DNA of 64,000 nucleotides from Octopus sinensis (taxonomy: Eukaryota), in the NCBI RefSeq assembly GCF_006345805.1, contig NC_043003.1:106826001-106890000 (forward strand), in the 5' to 3' direction. The position numbers and the translations under genes were made by a program. Below, piece by piece: positions 51,434-64,000 of the stretch. Each line of letters starts with the position of its first letter. The first letter of the stretch is position 1. The notes beneath the pieces are model-generated. The model ran no database searches and had not been told where the DNA came from. It saw only the letters and a list, made by a program, of their open reading frames with translations.

Positions 51434-54400
51434 TAGTATATTTTTTATAGCATGCTTGCACTTCACTACCAAGCACAGCTCTTGAGTGTGCCTTGGGTAT
51501 GTGCTGTGATTTGTTGTGATGCTCTGATGGTTACTGTATGGAAAGTGTTCTGCATAGGATGTGTGCAGTGCCCAGTAGTGCAATTTTCTGTATGTTATAT
51601 GTGTTTGTAAGTCCTGGTGTTTTTGTTATGTATTTGTCTGAATATTTTTTTATCATGCCTAATGCACCTACTATGATAGGAATTGTTTCTGTTTTCAGAT
51701 TCCACATTCTAGTTACCTCTATTTCCAGGTCTTTGTATTTTGAAAGTTTCTCCATTTCTTTTAGAGACACGTTGTCATCTGCCTGTATTGATACATCAAT
51801 TAGAAAGCATTTTTTTTTCTTCATGATCTCTGACAACTATATCTGGTCTGTTGGTCTTAATTTCTCTATCTGTGTGTATTGGCATATCCCAGAGTATGGT
51901 TGCTTTCTCGTTTTCTGTGACCTTTTCTGGTGAGTGCTTATACCATCTTTTTTCTGTTGTTATTCCATAATGTTGGCATAGCTTCCAATGTATGTAGGTT
52001 CTAACTCTGTCATGTCTGTGAATATATTCCTTCTTAGCCAGGACTGGGCAGTCAGAGATAATATGATTTATTGTTTCTTGTCCATCTCCACATATTCTGC
52101 AGTTACCTGTTATATTTCTTTTCATTAAATGTTTTTGGTAATTTCTGGTGGGGAGGCTTTGGTCTTGTGCTGCAATTAAGAATCCTTCTGTCTCTGCTTT
52201 GAGTCCTGAGCTTCTCAACCATTGCTGGGATTTTTCTTTGTCTATTTCTTTTGCATTTAGTTTAGTCCAGTATTTGCCATGAAGGGGCTTTTCTTGCCAT
52301 CGTTTTATCATGGTTCGTTGCTGTTCTATTTTTAGTTTGGATTTCATTTGTTTTATAGCTTTTGTTGTTTCTTCATCTTCTTCTTCTTCTTCTTCTTCTT
52401 CTTCTTCATATTTGTTAGGTAGTATGATTTCTTGTTTGTATTTGTCAGCTTCCTTAAATACTGAGAACAGTTTTTTGTTTTCCTCGTGTTTTGCTGCTAT
52501 TTGTATCAGTTTTCCTTCCTTCTGAAGTAGATATTTTTGCAGTCCTATGGTGGTTATTTTATAGTATTTTTCCAGCTGTATAAGGCCTCTACCACCTTCT
52601 ATACGTTGTATATATAGTCTTTCTATGTCAAATTTTGGGTGATGCATCCTAGATCCTGTCATTAGTTTTCTTGTTTTCCTATCTATTTTGGTTAGTTCAT
52701 TTAGTGTCCAGTTAAGGATATTGTAGCTGTAACTTATAACTGGGATGGCTAAAGTGTTGATACCTATTATCTTGTTTTTAGCATTGAGCTCTATTTTCAG
52801 TATTGATCTAACTCGTCCTTTTTTTTATTTTCTCTTTCATTTGTGTGTGTTGTGTCTTATCTAGTTCATGGATTCCTAAGTATTTGTAAGTTTGGCTTTG
52901 GTCTAATTCTTTTATTTCATTGGTTTTATCTAGTGTGATGTTGTTACTCTTAACTAGTTTTCCTCTTTTCAGGGTTACCTTGGCACATTTCTCTAATCCA
53001 AATTTCATATCTATTTCTTTGGTAAATCCATGAACTGGCTTTAGTAGTGTTTCCAGCTGTTTGTCATTTGTAGCATATAGTTTTAGGTCATCCATATATA
53101 AAAGGTGGCTGATCGTTTTGCCGTAACATTTATATCCGCATCCAGTTCTGCCTAGCATATGCGATAGAGGTGACAGTGCCAAGCAGAAAAGGAGTGGAGA
53201 GAGCGTATCTCCCTTGAATATTCCTCTTCTAATGGGGATGGCTTTGGTTTTCCCAAGTCCCTCTTTGGTTTGGAGCTGTAGTACTGTCTGCCATTTATTC
53301 ATAGTGTCCTATGTATTTTATAATTGTTGGTGCAACTTTGTTAATGGCTAGTGTTTCGAGGATCCATGTGTGGGGGATGCTATCAAACGCCTTTTTGTAG
53401 TCAATCCAGGCCATACTGAGGCCTTTCTTCTTTCTGTGGCTGTCTTCAGTTATGGCTTTATTGATCATTAGTTGATCTTTACAGCCATATGAGCCTTTGC
53501 GACATCCTTTCTGCTCTCCTGGAAACAGGTTGTTTTCATCCAGGTGCTTGTTTAATCTTTGGAATATTACTGCAGTAAATGCTTTGTACATTGTGGTTTT
53601 GCTGTCTCATTTGATTTGGGAATTAAGATGGTTTTCCCCTTTGTGAGCCATTCAGGCATTGTCTGTGGCTCTGCCAGTATGTTGTTAAAGTTTTCAGCCA
53701 GCTTTTTGTGCATTCCTGTTAGATATTTCAACCAGAAGTTGGGGATCTTGTCATGCCCAGGTGCCTTCCAGTTGCTTAGTCTTTGCAGTGCCTGGGTGAC
53801 CTTTTCAGTTGTTATGGGGGTCCAAAGTTGCTCAGATGCTGAGTTTGTTGTTTTAATACTCCTTTTTTGGGTTGTTCGTTCGCCGACCATATTTCTTTCC
53901 AGAATTCTTCCACTTCTTCTGCCATTGGTGCTGCAGTGATTTCTATTTTATTTTTGCCAAGTTCTTGGTAGAACTTTTTGGGGTTGGAGTTGAACTTTTT
54001 GTTCTGTTCAAAGAAACGTTGGTGTTTCTTGTACCGGCGGATCCTTTGTGCTTTGGCAAGGATATCTTGCTTTAGCTTTTCTTTTATCTCAGGTAAATCT
54101 TTTTCTGTGATGTTGTATTTGCGGATTATTTTTGTCTTCGTTTTGTTGCTTAGTAGCGTTGATTGTCTACTGATTTCATTAAGAATTGACAGATCTTTTC
54201 TCATTTTTTGTATTTTGTTATGGATGTTATTTATCCACAGGGTTTGTTTGGGTGGTGGTACTCCTGTTTGGATGGGTTTGAGTGAGTATCCAGCTCCTTT
54301 TGTGGCTGCAGTGGCTGCTGTGTATACTAAATCATTTAGCTCAGTGATATCACTTTTTGTTTCAGTGGCTATTAGTTCTGTGATGGCTAGGTTTATGCTG

Positions 54401-54530
54401 TTTATAATTGATGTTGTTTTGTCTATTTTGATTTTTGGGATGTATGGTCGGTGGTCCATTTTGAGATCTGTGGTTTTCAGTTCTTTGATTATTCTACTTT
54501 TTATAGTATCATAATCATTAGGCTCCCCTT
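51431..54530 (-). mobile_element. 5'-truncated R4/Dong-type non-LTR retrotransposon (RT, CCHC, RLE) with about five frameshifts
   Basis: WIDYKKAFDSIPH, GIFKGDTLSPLLF, HLLYMDDLKLY, CRICGDGQETINHIISDC, RPDIVV..LIDVSI..K.KY.DL; 3' end in (TAA)n at 51395-51430. Confidence 0.95.
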
Positions 54531-55030
54531 TCTGTCTCTTCCGGGAGTCTCTTCCCAATCGTTCCTCAGGCTCCAATAACAGTTTATACAACCTCACTTT
54601 TTCTGCTTATCTCTCTCTTTAGGTCCTTCTCTATGTCTCCCTTGTTGAGTTCTTGTCATTTTATTCTTGTATCAAACTGACAGGCCACACTAATTATGTA
54701 GCAAATTTGTTCCCTCTTCTCAAACACCAAGATATCTGGTCTGTTATGTTCTTGGACATGATCCGTTTTGGTTGCAAATTCCAAAGAAATTTAAACTCAT
54801 CATTGTCAGTCACTTTTTCTGGTGCATGTTCATACTACTTATGTCCTGATGGAAGTTCATACTTCTTACACATTTCCTAGTGGATGACCTTTGCAACATA
54901 TCAAGTCTTTGAGATTTGTACCATTTCTGGGTGAGTTTGGAACATTTAGCTTACTATTTGGAATCACAGTTTCTTCTCATTTGTGGCACAACCTGCAGAA
55001 TGCACAATAGCAACACATTTTCCAGTTCAC
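54530..55030 (-). mobile_element. More decayed R4/Dong-type 3' fragment fused upstream of the previous element
   Basis: Frameshifted pieces VAKVIH*EMCKKY, YEHAPEKV, NRPDILVFEK, VIGA*GTIGKRL; begins at (TAA)n 55032-55065. Confidence 0.8.
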
Positions 55031-55263
55031 ATTATTATTATTAATATTATTATTATTTTTATTATCACAGTCTTTCAATTCTGTTTCCATTCCTTGCTGA
55101 GTGTCTTCCTGACACCTAGGGCAGAGAAACGCACTGTATATATTGGTAGGCCATTAAAATAAACAGACCAAATTGTCCATTTACAAAGTCATGTGATAGA
55201 GAAAAAGGGGAAGAAAGACAGAGAAATTATTATTATTACTATAATTATTACTATTATTATTAC

Positions 55264-55297
<34 letters not shown>

Positions 55298-55639
55298 GTC
55301 AGTGTTGTTTACAATGAATTTAGTTGAGTAACACAGCTCCAGAGAAGAACTGGATTTTGTCATTTTTATTTGATAAAAAAAATTGTATTTTTATAATTTG
55401 ATTTTCCAACAAAGAGCTGCAGAACATTTGAGAATCTCCCCACCACCACCACCATTACCATCAATACCACCATCCTCACCATAATAACGAAATTTTTTAG
55501 AAATTTCTGTCAACTTTCTTCAAGACGCATGCTTATAGTGATGAATTATATGGTTATTGACGTTGTGTCTATTTTCAGCATATTTGGCATTAGAAATTTT
55601 TTTCTTTTGCCCTTGTTTATAAGTTGTGTGTATATATAT

Positions 55640-55740
<101 letters not shown>

Positions 55741-55955
55741 TATATATATACATCCATATATATATATGTAAAATGGGCTTTTTCAGTTTCCATCTACCAC
55801 ATTCACTCACAAGGCTTTGGTCAGCCCTAGGCTATAGCAGAAGACACTTACCCAGGGGGCTATGCAGTGTAGCTTGAACCCAGAATCATGTGGTTGGGAA
55901 GCAAGCTTCTTACCACACCACCACGCCTGTATATATATATATATATATATATAGG

Positions 55956-56036
<81 letters not shown>

Positions 56037-56068
56037 GGATAGATAGATAGATAGATAGATAGATAGAA

Positions 56069-56165
<97 letters not shown>

Positions 56166-56339
56166 CCCATGCAAGAATGGAAAATCATGATGACGATGAT
56201 GAGATAAAACATATGTAGTGACAGTTTTAATGATTCCACAAGATTCACCAATCAAAACCAATTACTGGAATGGATCAACTAAAAGAAAAAAATACAACGA
56301 AAACGGGGTAGGGGTGGGTATGTTGTAAAAAACGGTCAA

Positions 56340-58225
56340 GCTTCTTTAACACGACTATGGTACCTATGACTGTCTTTTTGTTTTGTTTTTTTCTTGATCT
56401 AGTCTCTCTTCATCCTTTGGTTTTCAAAGGTAGCCTGTATTTTAGTAGAAGCTGCTGTTTCTGTTTCTATCTCTTTCTAAACCTGTTCTCCTTTAACTCT
56501 TTCCACCTGCACAAACAGGTACTATGATTGTACACCTGATTGGTTACGTTTTTTAATATAAACTCTTCTCTGGTTACCCATCACTAAGTTTGTGCAGTTT
56601 GGTGCTACTTTTGTGTTCAAGGCTTTCTTTTTCTTTATATACTTCCTCTTTTAGATATCCCTTCACTGGTATTGCATAAGTAGTTACTATTTTTTTGCCC
56701 ATGGCTGTTTGTATTTTTTAGGTACTATTTCTCTTCAATGCATTCTAACACTAGGTGTGTATAGGTAGTGCTATTGTACTTATAGCTGTTTCTTTTCTTG
56801 ATATAGTTTCTCTTCCATGTATCCAATAACATCCGTTTAATAAGTAGGTACTACATTGTACCCATGTCTGTTTCAATTTAGTAATAGCTATTCTTCTAAG
56901 TACCCATCAATAGGTTTTGCATAGGAAGGTGATACTTTGGTACCCATTGCTGTTTCTATCTCTTGATATAGATTCTTTTCCACGTATGACAGCCCAACAC
57001 TTGCATAAATTGATGCTCTTTGTATGCAATGTTGTTTCTATTTCGTGTTCCAGTTCTTATAGCAAGTATTCCATCACTGGATTTCATAGAAAGAGACTAA
57101 TTTTGAAGGCATTGCAGTTTTTTATTCTTGATATTTTTTCTGTTCAGAGTATCCCATAAATAGGTTTGCCTAGGAAGGTTCTACTTTTACATTTATGGCT
57201 CTGTTTCATAATATTGCTTCTCTCCTAGGATCCCTCACTATATTCTCATAAGTAGATGCTACATATGTACACAAGAAGGTTTCTATTTCTCAATATAGTT
57301 TTTTTTTATATCTATAGGTGCAGGAGTGGCTGTGTGGTAAGTAGCTTGCTTACCAACCACATGGTTCCAGGTTCAGTCCCACTGTGTGACATCTTGGGCA
57401 AGTGTCTTCTGCTATAGTCCTGGGCCGACCAATGCTTTGTGAGTGGATTTGGTAGACGGAAACTGAAAGAAGCCTGTCGTATATATGTATATATATATGT
57501 ATGTGTGTGTATATGTTTGTGTGTCTGTCTTTGTCCCCCTAGCATTGCTTGACAACCGATGCTGGTGTGTTTACGTCCCCGTAAATTAGCGGTTCGGCAA
57601 AAGAGACCGATAGAATAAGTGCTGGGCTTACAAAGAATAAGTCCTGGGGTCGATTTGCTCGACTAAAGGCGGTGCTCCAGCATGGCCGCAGTCAAATGAC
57701 TGAAACAAGTAAAAGAGTAAAGAGTATCCCATCACTGACGTCTGCATTTGTAGCTTCTACATATTTACCCATGGCTATTCATATTGTCTCACATAGGTTC
57801 TCTTCTATATTACCACTTGTTTTGTCTAGGAAGTTGTTACTTTTGTACATGTAAAAGCTTCCATTTCTTAGTATAGTTTCTATTCTGTGTTGTCCCTCAC
57901 TTGGTTTGCATTCATAAGTGTAACTTCTGTACTCAGTACTATTTCTTTTGAAATATTTTCTCTCCCAGTGGTTCAATTATTTATTTGTTACATCTATGAT
58001 CACAAAAGTGACAAGGGATTATCTGCATAGTCCAAGCAGAACAAACACCACACAGGTTATTTTTTATGAGAAAGCAGTTTTTCATAGAATGATATAGTTT
58101 GCATAACTATGTGCTTCATTTGTGCCCATGGCTATTTTTCCTTAATATTGTCTCCCTTCTGTTTACTCCATCAATGGGTTTACATAGCAATGTGCTACTT
58201 TTGTTCCCATGGCTTTCTATTTCTT
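56340..58225 (-). repeat. Degenerate ~82-84-bp tandem array derived from a Penelope-like RT motif
   Basis: Unit anchors at about 56410, 56499, 56577, 56659, 56743, 56822, 56903, 56987, 57069, 57152, 57231, [SINE], 57727, 57810, 57893, 58085, 58166; unit 56901-56986 reads YVEKNLYQEIETAMGTKVSPSYA. Confidence 0.8.
57316..57726 (+). mobile_element. Young SINE-I inserted in the satellite
   Basis: Homology to other copies; the tail GAGTA coincides with the GAGTATCCCATC of the satellite unit. Confidence 0.92.
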
Positions 58226-58618
58226 CGGAAGATGTGAGGTGTTATGATTAGACAATGAAGTGCAGGTGATTGGTGGGTAGGCTGAGTCTAGATGTGAGAC
58301 AGAGTTTAAGAATATTTTAATTATAAATCTGTTGGTTGGAGACATTGGAAAGTGTGGCGGGGAGTGTGTGTATCATGAAATATTCACTCAGTTTGAAGTC
58401 GTAATCTTTAAAATATTTATTTAACTAGGTTCAAGGTCAACCTTTATAGTAGTGGAGAAAAATAGACACAAACAAATAAACTAGCACCAGTATGAGACGA
58501 TGAAAGAGGTTAAAATTATGACCGGCTTGGAGTGAACCTGGAATGGACCTGAATAATACTAAACAGAGTTGAAAACCATGGTTGGTGCCATCAGAATAAG
58601 TTCCATTTGATGTAATAT

Positions 58619-58782
58619 AGGCACAGGAGTGGCTGTATGGTAAGTAGCTTGCTACCCAACCACATGGTTCAGGGTTCAGTCCCACTGCGTGGCACCTTGG
58701 GCGAGTGTCTTCTGCTATAGCCCCGGGCCGACCAATGCCTTGTGAGTGGATTTGGTTGACGGAAACTGAAAGAAGCCTGTCG

Positions 58783-58815
<33 letters not shown>

Positions 58816-59023
58816 TTGTGTGTCTGTGTTTGTCCCCCTAGCATTGCCTGACAACCGATGCTGGTGTGTTTACGTCCCCGTCACTTAGCGGTTCGGCAAA
58901 AAGAGACCGATAGAATAAGTACTGGGCTTACAAAGAATAAGTCCTGGGGTCGATTTGCTCGACTAAAGGCGGTGCTCCAGCATGGCCGCAGTCAAATGAC
59001 TGAAACAAGTAAAAGAGTAAAGA
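58619..59023 (+). mobile_element. Young SINE-I with 7-bp TSD
   Basis: GTAATAT at 58612-58618 and 59024-59030. Confidence 0.92.
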
Positions 59024-59099
59024 GTAATATGGTTTGTCAATGTACTTATATTGTTGTATAAGACATCCAGTATCCAAGAATCTGACAATTTGGTGTGAT

Positions 59100-59881
59100 A
59101 TGGTGCTATGTAACAGATTCCTCTCCAGCAGAAATTGCTGTTTGTTTTTTTTTTTTGTTTTTTTATGTTTGATGTTAATGATTAAAAAAATTGTCAAGGG
59201 TAATCCTAAAAAAAGGGAAAATCTGCAAAGAAAATATCTGGAAATATGGTAAATTGATGAAATCTTAATTCCTAAATCATTCCATTTCCGGTGCAGCCTC
59301 TTTGCTATATGAGGTGAAGCCGTGTCAAGATGAAGAATAAATCTCTGCCATCACCAAGAGCTGTTTACTTTTCACATAAGTTTTTTAAATGCATTTTATT
59401 CATTCAACTTGTGATGGTATTTCTCTGCAGAGGCTGCTTCTCCAAGGTTCAGCAAAATTTAACAAACAGTAACATGATTCTGTTCATCATTTCTCAGAGT
59501 TTGAGAAATACTTTGAGTATTCTTTAGAATCAGGCCATTCTGCCAGTCTTTTCCAATTGACATGGGAAACATATTTTTCAGTGAGTCAGAGAGAAGGAAT
59601 TGGAGAGGGCACTTGTTCCTGGAGTTTCAGAGAAATCTCGGACAGAGGGGTTCCTCGATTATCCCTAGAGGCCCTCCTGTAGCAGGAGGGCCACATCTCT
59701 ATCATCCTCCCCACCACATTTTGTTTTTCTCAAACCTTTCTATGCATGTCTCTTCTTTTTTAGTGTATATTTTCTTTCGTTTTTATTTTTTTATCATTTC
59801 ATTATATGTAAACCCCCAACACTTTATGTCTGTCTTTGTATTGTTCCCCTCATCCTTCACCCTTGCAGCAAATAAATTAAA

Positions 59882-59931
<50 letters not shown>

Positions 59932-60257
59932 GTGAAGGCGCGTGGCTTAGTGGTTAGGGCATTCGGCTTGCGATCGTAGCGTCGTGAGTTTGATTCCCGG
60001 TGACGTGTTGTGTCCTTGTGCAAGACACTTTACTTCATATTGCTCCAGTCCCCTCAGCTGGTTGAAATGAGTTGTACCTGTATTTCAAAGTGGCCAGCCT
60101 TGTCACACTTTGTGTCATGCTGAATCTCCCCGAGAACTACGTTAGGGGTACATGTATCTGTGGATTGCTCAGTCACTTGCACGTTAATCTCACAAGCAAG
60201 CTGTTCTGTTGATCGTATCAGCTGGGACCCTCGTCGCTGTAACCGACGGAGTGCTCC

Positions 60258-60302
<45 letters not shown>

Positions 60303-60303
60303 G

Positions 60304-60340
<37 letters not shown>

Positions 60341-61090
60341 GTTCATCATCTGTCATTGTCGATGATGACCAAGGAGATCATGTGGACCATCCACTGCATT
60401 CCAGCTTATCTCTTGTCATCTTAACTTCATCCTGCCACAGGAATCAGACAAGAAAGGGCCAGAGAGTGAAGCAGATGATGCCGCCCTCTCTCACCTTAAT
60501 CTGTATCACACACAAGTCAAGACATCACATCATCATAGACCCATCAGTCCTGTGGTGATGGATGAATGACAAAACAGCAAGTATGGATGTACTAATGTCA
60601 AATAATTCAGTGTTGAACCAGTGACGCCACATAAACAGCACCAAAACGGCTGTGCCAAAATGTCTCGTATCCTCTTTCTACAGAACCATCTTTCTTTCCC
60701 TCAATTATACTTAAGCAGTCAGCAACCTTTGATTTGATCAAGATTCTCTTATTTGAAAATCGTCTGCTGAACACACATCTACTGTTGTACAGGGATCTAC
60801 AGCATCTAGTTCCTTTGATTCACCTTCATCAAAGAAGAATTTCCATCTGCAGTCGTCTTAATCTCCAATAATCTCATCTCCAAATTGAAATTTTTGGAAA
60901 CAAACCTGAATTCTATGATCAGTAACCAATCTCTGGTCAAATTCTTCATTGGTGATATTTTTGGCAGTTTTACAAACTTTCCTTCCAAGTCTGATTTCTG
61001 AATTCAAAGAAATATTGTTCAAAAACTTTTCTTATCTTCACTAATTAAGTTTTGGAATTCCAATCTTTGAAAAGACTCTAAAATAAAATA
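59100..61090 (-). mobile_element. Highly decayed mariner element split by a SINE and (TAT)n
   Basis: 60680-61090: TAKNI, VTDHRIQ.CFQKFQFGDE, DPCTTV (HTH region); 59200-59500: FILHLD.ASPHIAK and a PYFPD..F.DF-like motif. Confidence 0.65.
59933..60257 (+). mobile_element. tRNA-derived SINE inserted in a (TAT)n tract
   Basis: GCGTGGCTTAGTGG A box, GAGTTTGATTCCC B box, TTGTGTCCTTGTGCAAGACACTT; (TAT)n at 59883-59930 and 60258-60340. Confidence 0.85.
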
Positions 61091-62443
61091 ATTAATAATT
61101 CCTCAAATGATACAATATCAGCCCCAAATCTATGCTTTAAAACGATATTCCATACAGTACAGGTAGCAATATTTTGCTTTCAGATTATGAATATATCCAT
61201 GAGGGGAAAAGTCTTATGATTAGATTTGGTTGGTGGAAACTGAAAGAAGCCCACTGTGTGTGTGTATGTGTGTGTGTGTGTGTGTGTGCATGTGTGTGTG
61301 TGATTATGCATGTGTGTATATGTGTATGTGTGTCTATATGTGTGTATGTGTGTCTATATATATGTGTGTGTGTGTGTGGTGTGTGTGTGTGTGTGTGTGT
61401 GTGTTTGCGTCTGCATTTGTTCCCTGTAATTTCTCAACAACCAGTGTTGGTGTGTTTACATCCCCTTAACTTAGAGTTCAGCAAAAGTGAATGATAGAAT
61501 GAATTTCAGGTTTGAAAAAGATGACAAAAAAAAGGTACCAGATTTGTCCCATGCAGCAGAAGTACCAAGGCTGCCACCCACCCAGTGAGGAGGGTTGGCC
61601 TGCAAGTGCTCTGTGTCGGTGCCACATGAAAAGCACTCATCTTGGTACCATGTGAAAATGATTGTGTGGTGTTACATTAAAAGCCCCAGCACATACTGTA
61701 AAGTGGTTGGCATATTAGGAAAGGCAAACCATACAAATCAGACCAGAACCTGGTGCACCCTTTCAGCGTTGCCAGCCCCTGTTAAACCGTCCAACCCATG
61801 CCAGCATAGAAAATGGACGTTAAAGGATGGTGGTGAGATAAAGAACATTTAATTTCTTTTGACATTTGCACCTCCAGTTCTTCTTCGAACTCAGCTCCCT
61901 GTCTCAGCCAATCCTTAAAATATCATCCCTTAAACCACAAGAACCACTCCCAAGAAAATACTATTTTCAAACATCCTGCCAAGTTCCCTATTGGCACCAG
62001 CAATTGAATTATATTAATTCTTCCTGTCTGAGAAATGAGTATCATTTAATTACGATCAAACTTGGAAATTCTATAAAATCATAATATTTGGAAGAGGTCT
62101 GCGGTGGTGGTCTGCTTTGGAGAGAGTTAAAACTATAAAAAGAAAGAGAAATAAAATTCAAGAAGGAAAGGAAGAAAAGAAGGAAAGAAAGAAAGAAAGG
62201 AACAAGTGATGTATTGGTTTACTGTTTTGAGAGGAAGATACAGCTATGGTTTCATGTGTGGAGGTCTTCATCAAAGACTCACAGAATTTGATAACGTTTT
62301 TCCCAACCAGTCCCCCCCACAACCACCACCACCCGTCATCTAAAACTGATTATCTTGAAAGGATATAAAAATATATGCCTGTGTGTGTGTGTGGTGTGTG
62401 TGTGTGTGTGTTGTGTGTGTGTGTGTGTGTGAGCCTGTGTACT

Positions 62444-62480
<37 letters not shown>

Positions 62481-62989
62481 TCTCTCACACACACACACAC
62501 ACACAGACTGTGACAGACACATAGACACATGTATCTCTCAATTTTCCAAATGACGAGGAAGGCCTAGAATAGCTGATACTCTACCCCATCACCACATACC
62601 AGCCTCATTCGACCCCCACCCAGGTTATACTTTTACACTATCTTCCCCCCACCTACACACACACACACACTGTACCTGCCCCTTCCTGCTTCCATCTCCT
62701 CTCCACCCAGCCACCCACGTGCACTGAGGGGACGAGGTAGAACCTACTTTGCTAACATAGTCTTACTACACTCCTGCTGATACCCAGAACAATTAGCTCA
62801 CACCCTGTATCTGTACCCTGAACTTATCCCAGGATCCCCAGCTCATACCAGGGTTTATCTTTTACAACTTACTCAAATAGATATCAACCCCTCTTATCTA
62901 TTTCGGGGGGGGGGTGTACACATGTACATAAATGTGTCATTTGGGCACATCCCTTTTTTTTTATATTTGTTTTACCACATTTTATTATG

Positions 62990-63031
62990 GGTATGAGCAT
63001 GTATGTGTGTTTGTGTGCATATACATACATA

Positions 63032-63064
<33 letters not shown>

Positions 63065-63089
63065 TTGTATATGTATACTTATGTGTGCA

Positions 63090-63123
<34 letters not shown>

Positions 63124-63290
63124 CATACATATGTATGTATGTATATATATATACATACATATATATATGTATATATATGTGTGTGTGTATATATATATAT
63201 ATATACATACATACATATGTGTGTGTGTATATATATATATATGTGTGTGTGTCTGCAGATATATACACACATACCCATGCACACTCTCAC
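62990..63290. repeat. (TA)/(TG)/(CT) compound microsatellite
   Basis: Direct reading. Confidence 0.9.
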
Positions 63291-63584
63291 ACTTGCATAT
63301 ATTCCATGATTAGTGTACTAAAGTACACACAACACTTACAAAGGACTCAATACTGGGAATGACTGTAATAAAATATGTGAAATAGTTCACCAGTCCAGCC
63401 CAATCCACCTTTACCCAGGAAATTGTAATGTTTACAGTGTTTTATATATATATATATATATATATCTTTCATCATTTACATGTTAGACAAGAAAGCCTTC
63501 GTGACAGTGCCCCAGCATGGCCACAGTTCAATGACTGAAACGAGTAAAGTAAGTTATATATATATATATATATATATATATCAT

Positions 63585-63950
63585 CATCATCATCATCATC
63601 ATCATCATCGTTTAACGTCCGTTTTCCATGCTAGCATGGGTTGGACTGTTCGACCAGGGTCTGGGAAGCCAGGAGGCTGCATCAGGCCCAGTCTGATCTG
63701 GCAGTGTTTCTACAGCTGGATGCCCTTCCTAACACCAACCACTCCATGAGTGTAGTGGGTGCTTTTTACATGCCACAGGCGAGGCTGGCAATGACCATGA
63801 TCGGTTGGTGCTTTTTACATGTCATATACACACACACACATATACATATATATATATATATATATATGCACAAACACATATATATATATATTCGGATGGT
63901 ACATTTTATGTGCCACTGGCACGGGGTGCCAGTCAGGCAGCTCTGGCATC
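63585..63950 (-). mobile_element. RTE 3'UTR fragment
   Basis: Antisense RTE terminus and 60-bp-unit remnants. Confidence 0.85.
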
Positions 63951-64000
63951 AGAATAAATAATGACCAGTCACTTGCAAGCTATCATACCATTTGTAGTAT

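Noticed and set aside
56340-58225. C2H2 zinc-finger array suggested by the ~84-bp period
   Set aside because: No CxxC/HxxxH or TGEKP pattern; units translate to an RT-like motif instead.

Overview
Eukaryotic, repeat-saturated, probably intronic or intergenic DNA. The SINE/LINE types and microsatellite load suggest a coleoid cephalopod such as Octopus (inference, not database-confirmed). There is no prokaryotic feature, CRISPR array, rRNA, true tRNA or multi-exon gene, and almost all listed ORFs are microsatellite or antisense-transposon artefacts. Contents: 10 young ~410-bp tRNA-derived SINEs (called SINE-I here); a second ~235-bp SINE family (SINE-II); many RTE LINE 3' ends with a stem-loop tandem array in the 3'UTR; RTE-BovB and CR1/L2 fragments; R4/Dong-type RT-RLE LINEs in (TAA)n tracts; mariner and DD37D relics; and one non-autonomous Helitron. 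Most notable: (1) a structurally complete type I hammerhead-ribozyme candidate with palindromic stem III and a long rod-like stem II at 17736-17865, plus three decayed hammerhead cores in Penelope-like repeats; (2) a degenerate ~82-84-bp satellite (56340-58225) built from the Penelope-type RT motif TAMGTKVxPxYANLxMGY; (3) a 24-nt frame-preserving microexon candidate at 50705-50728.
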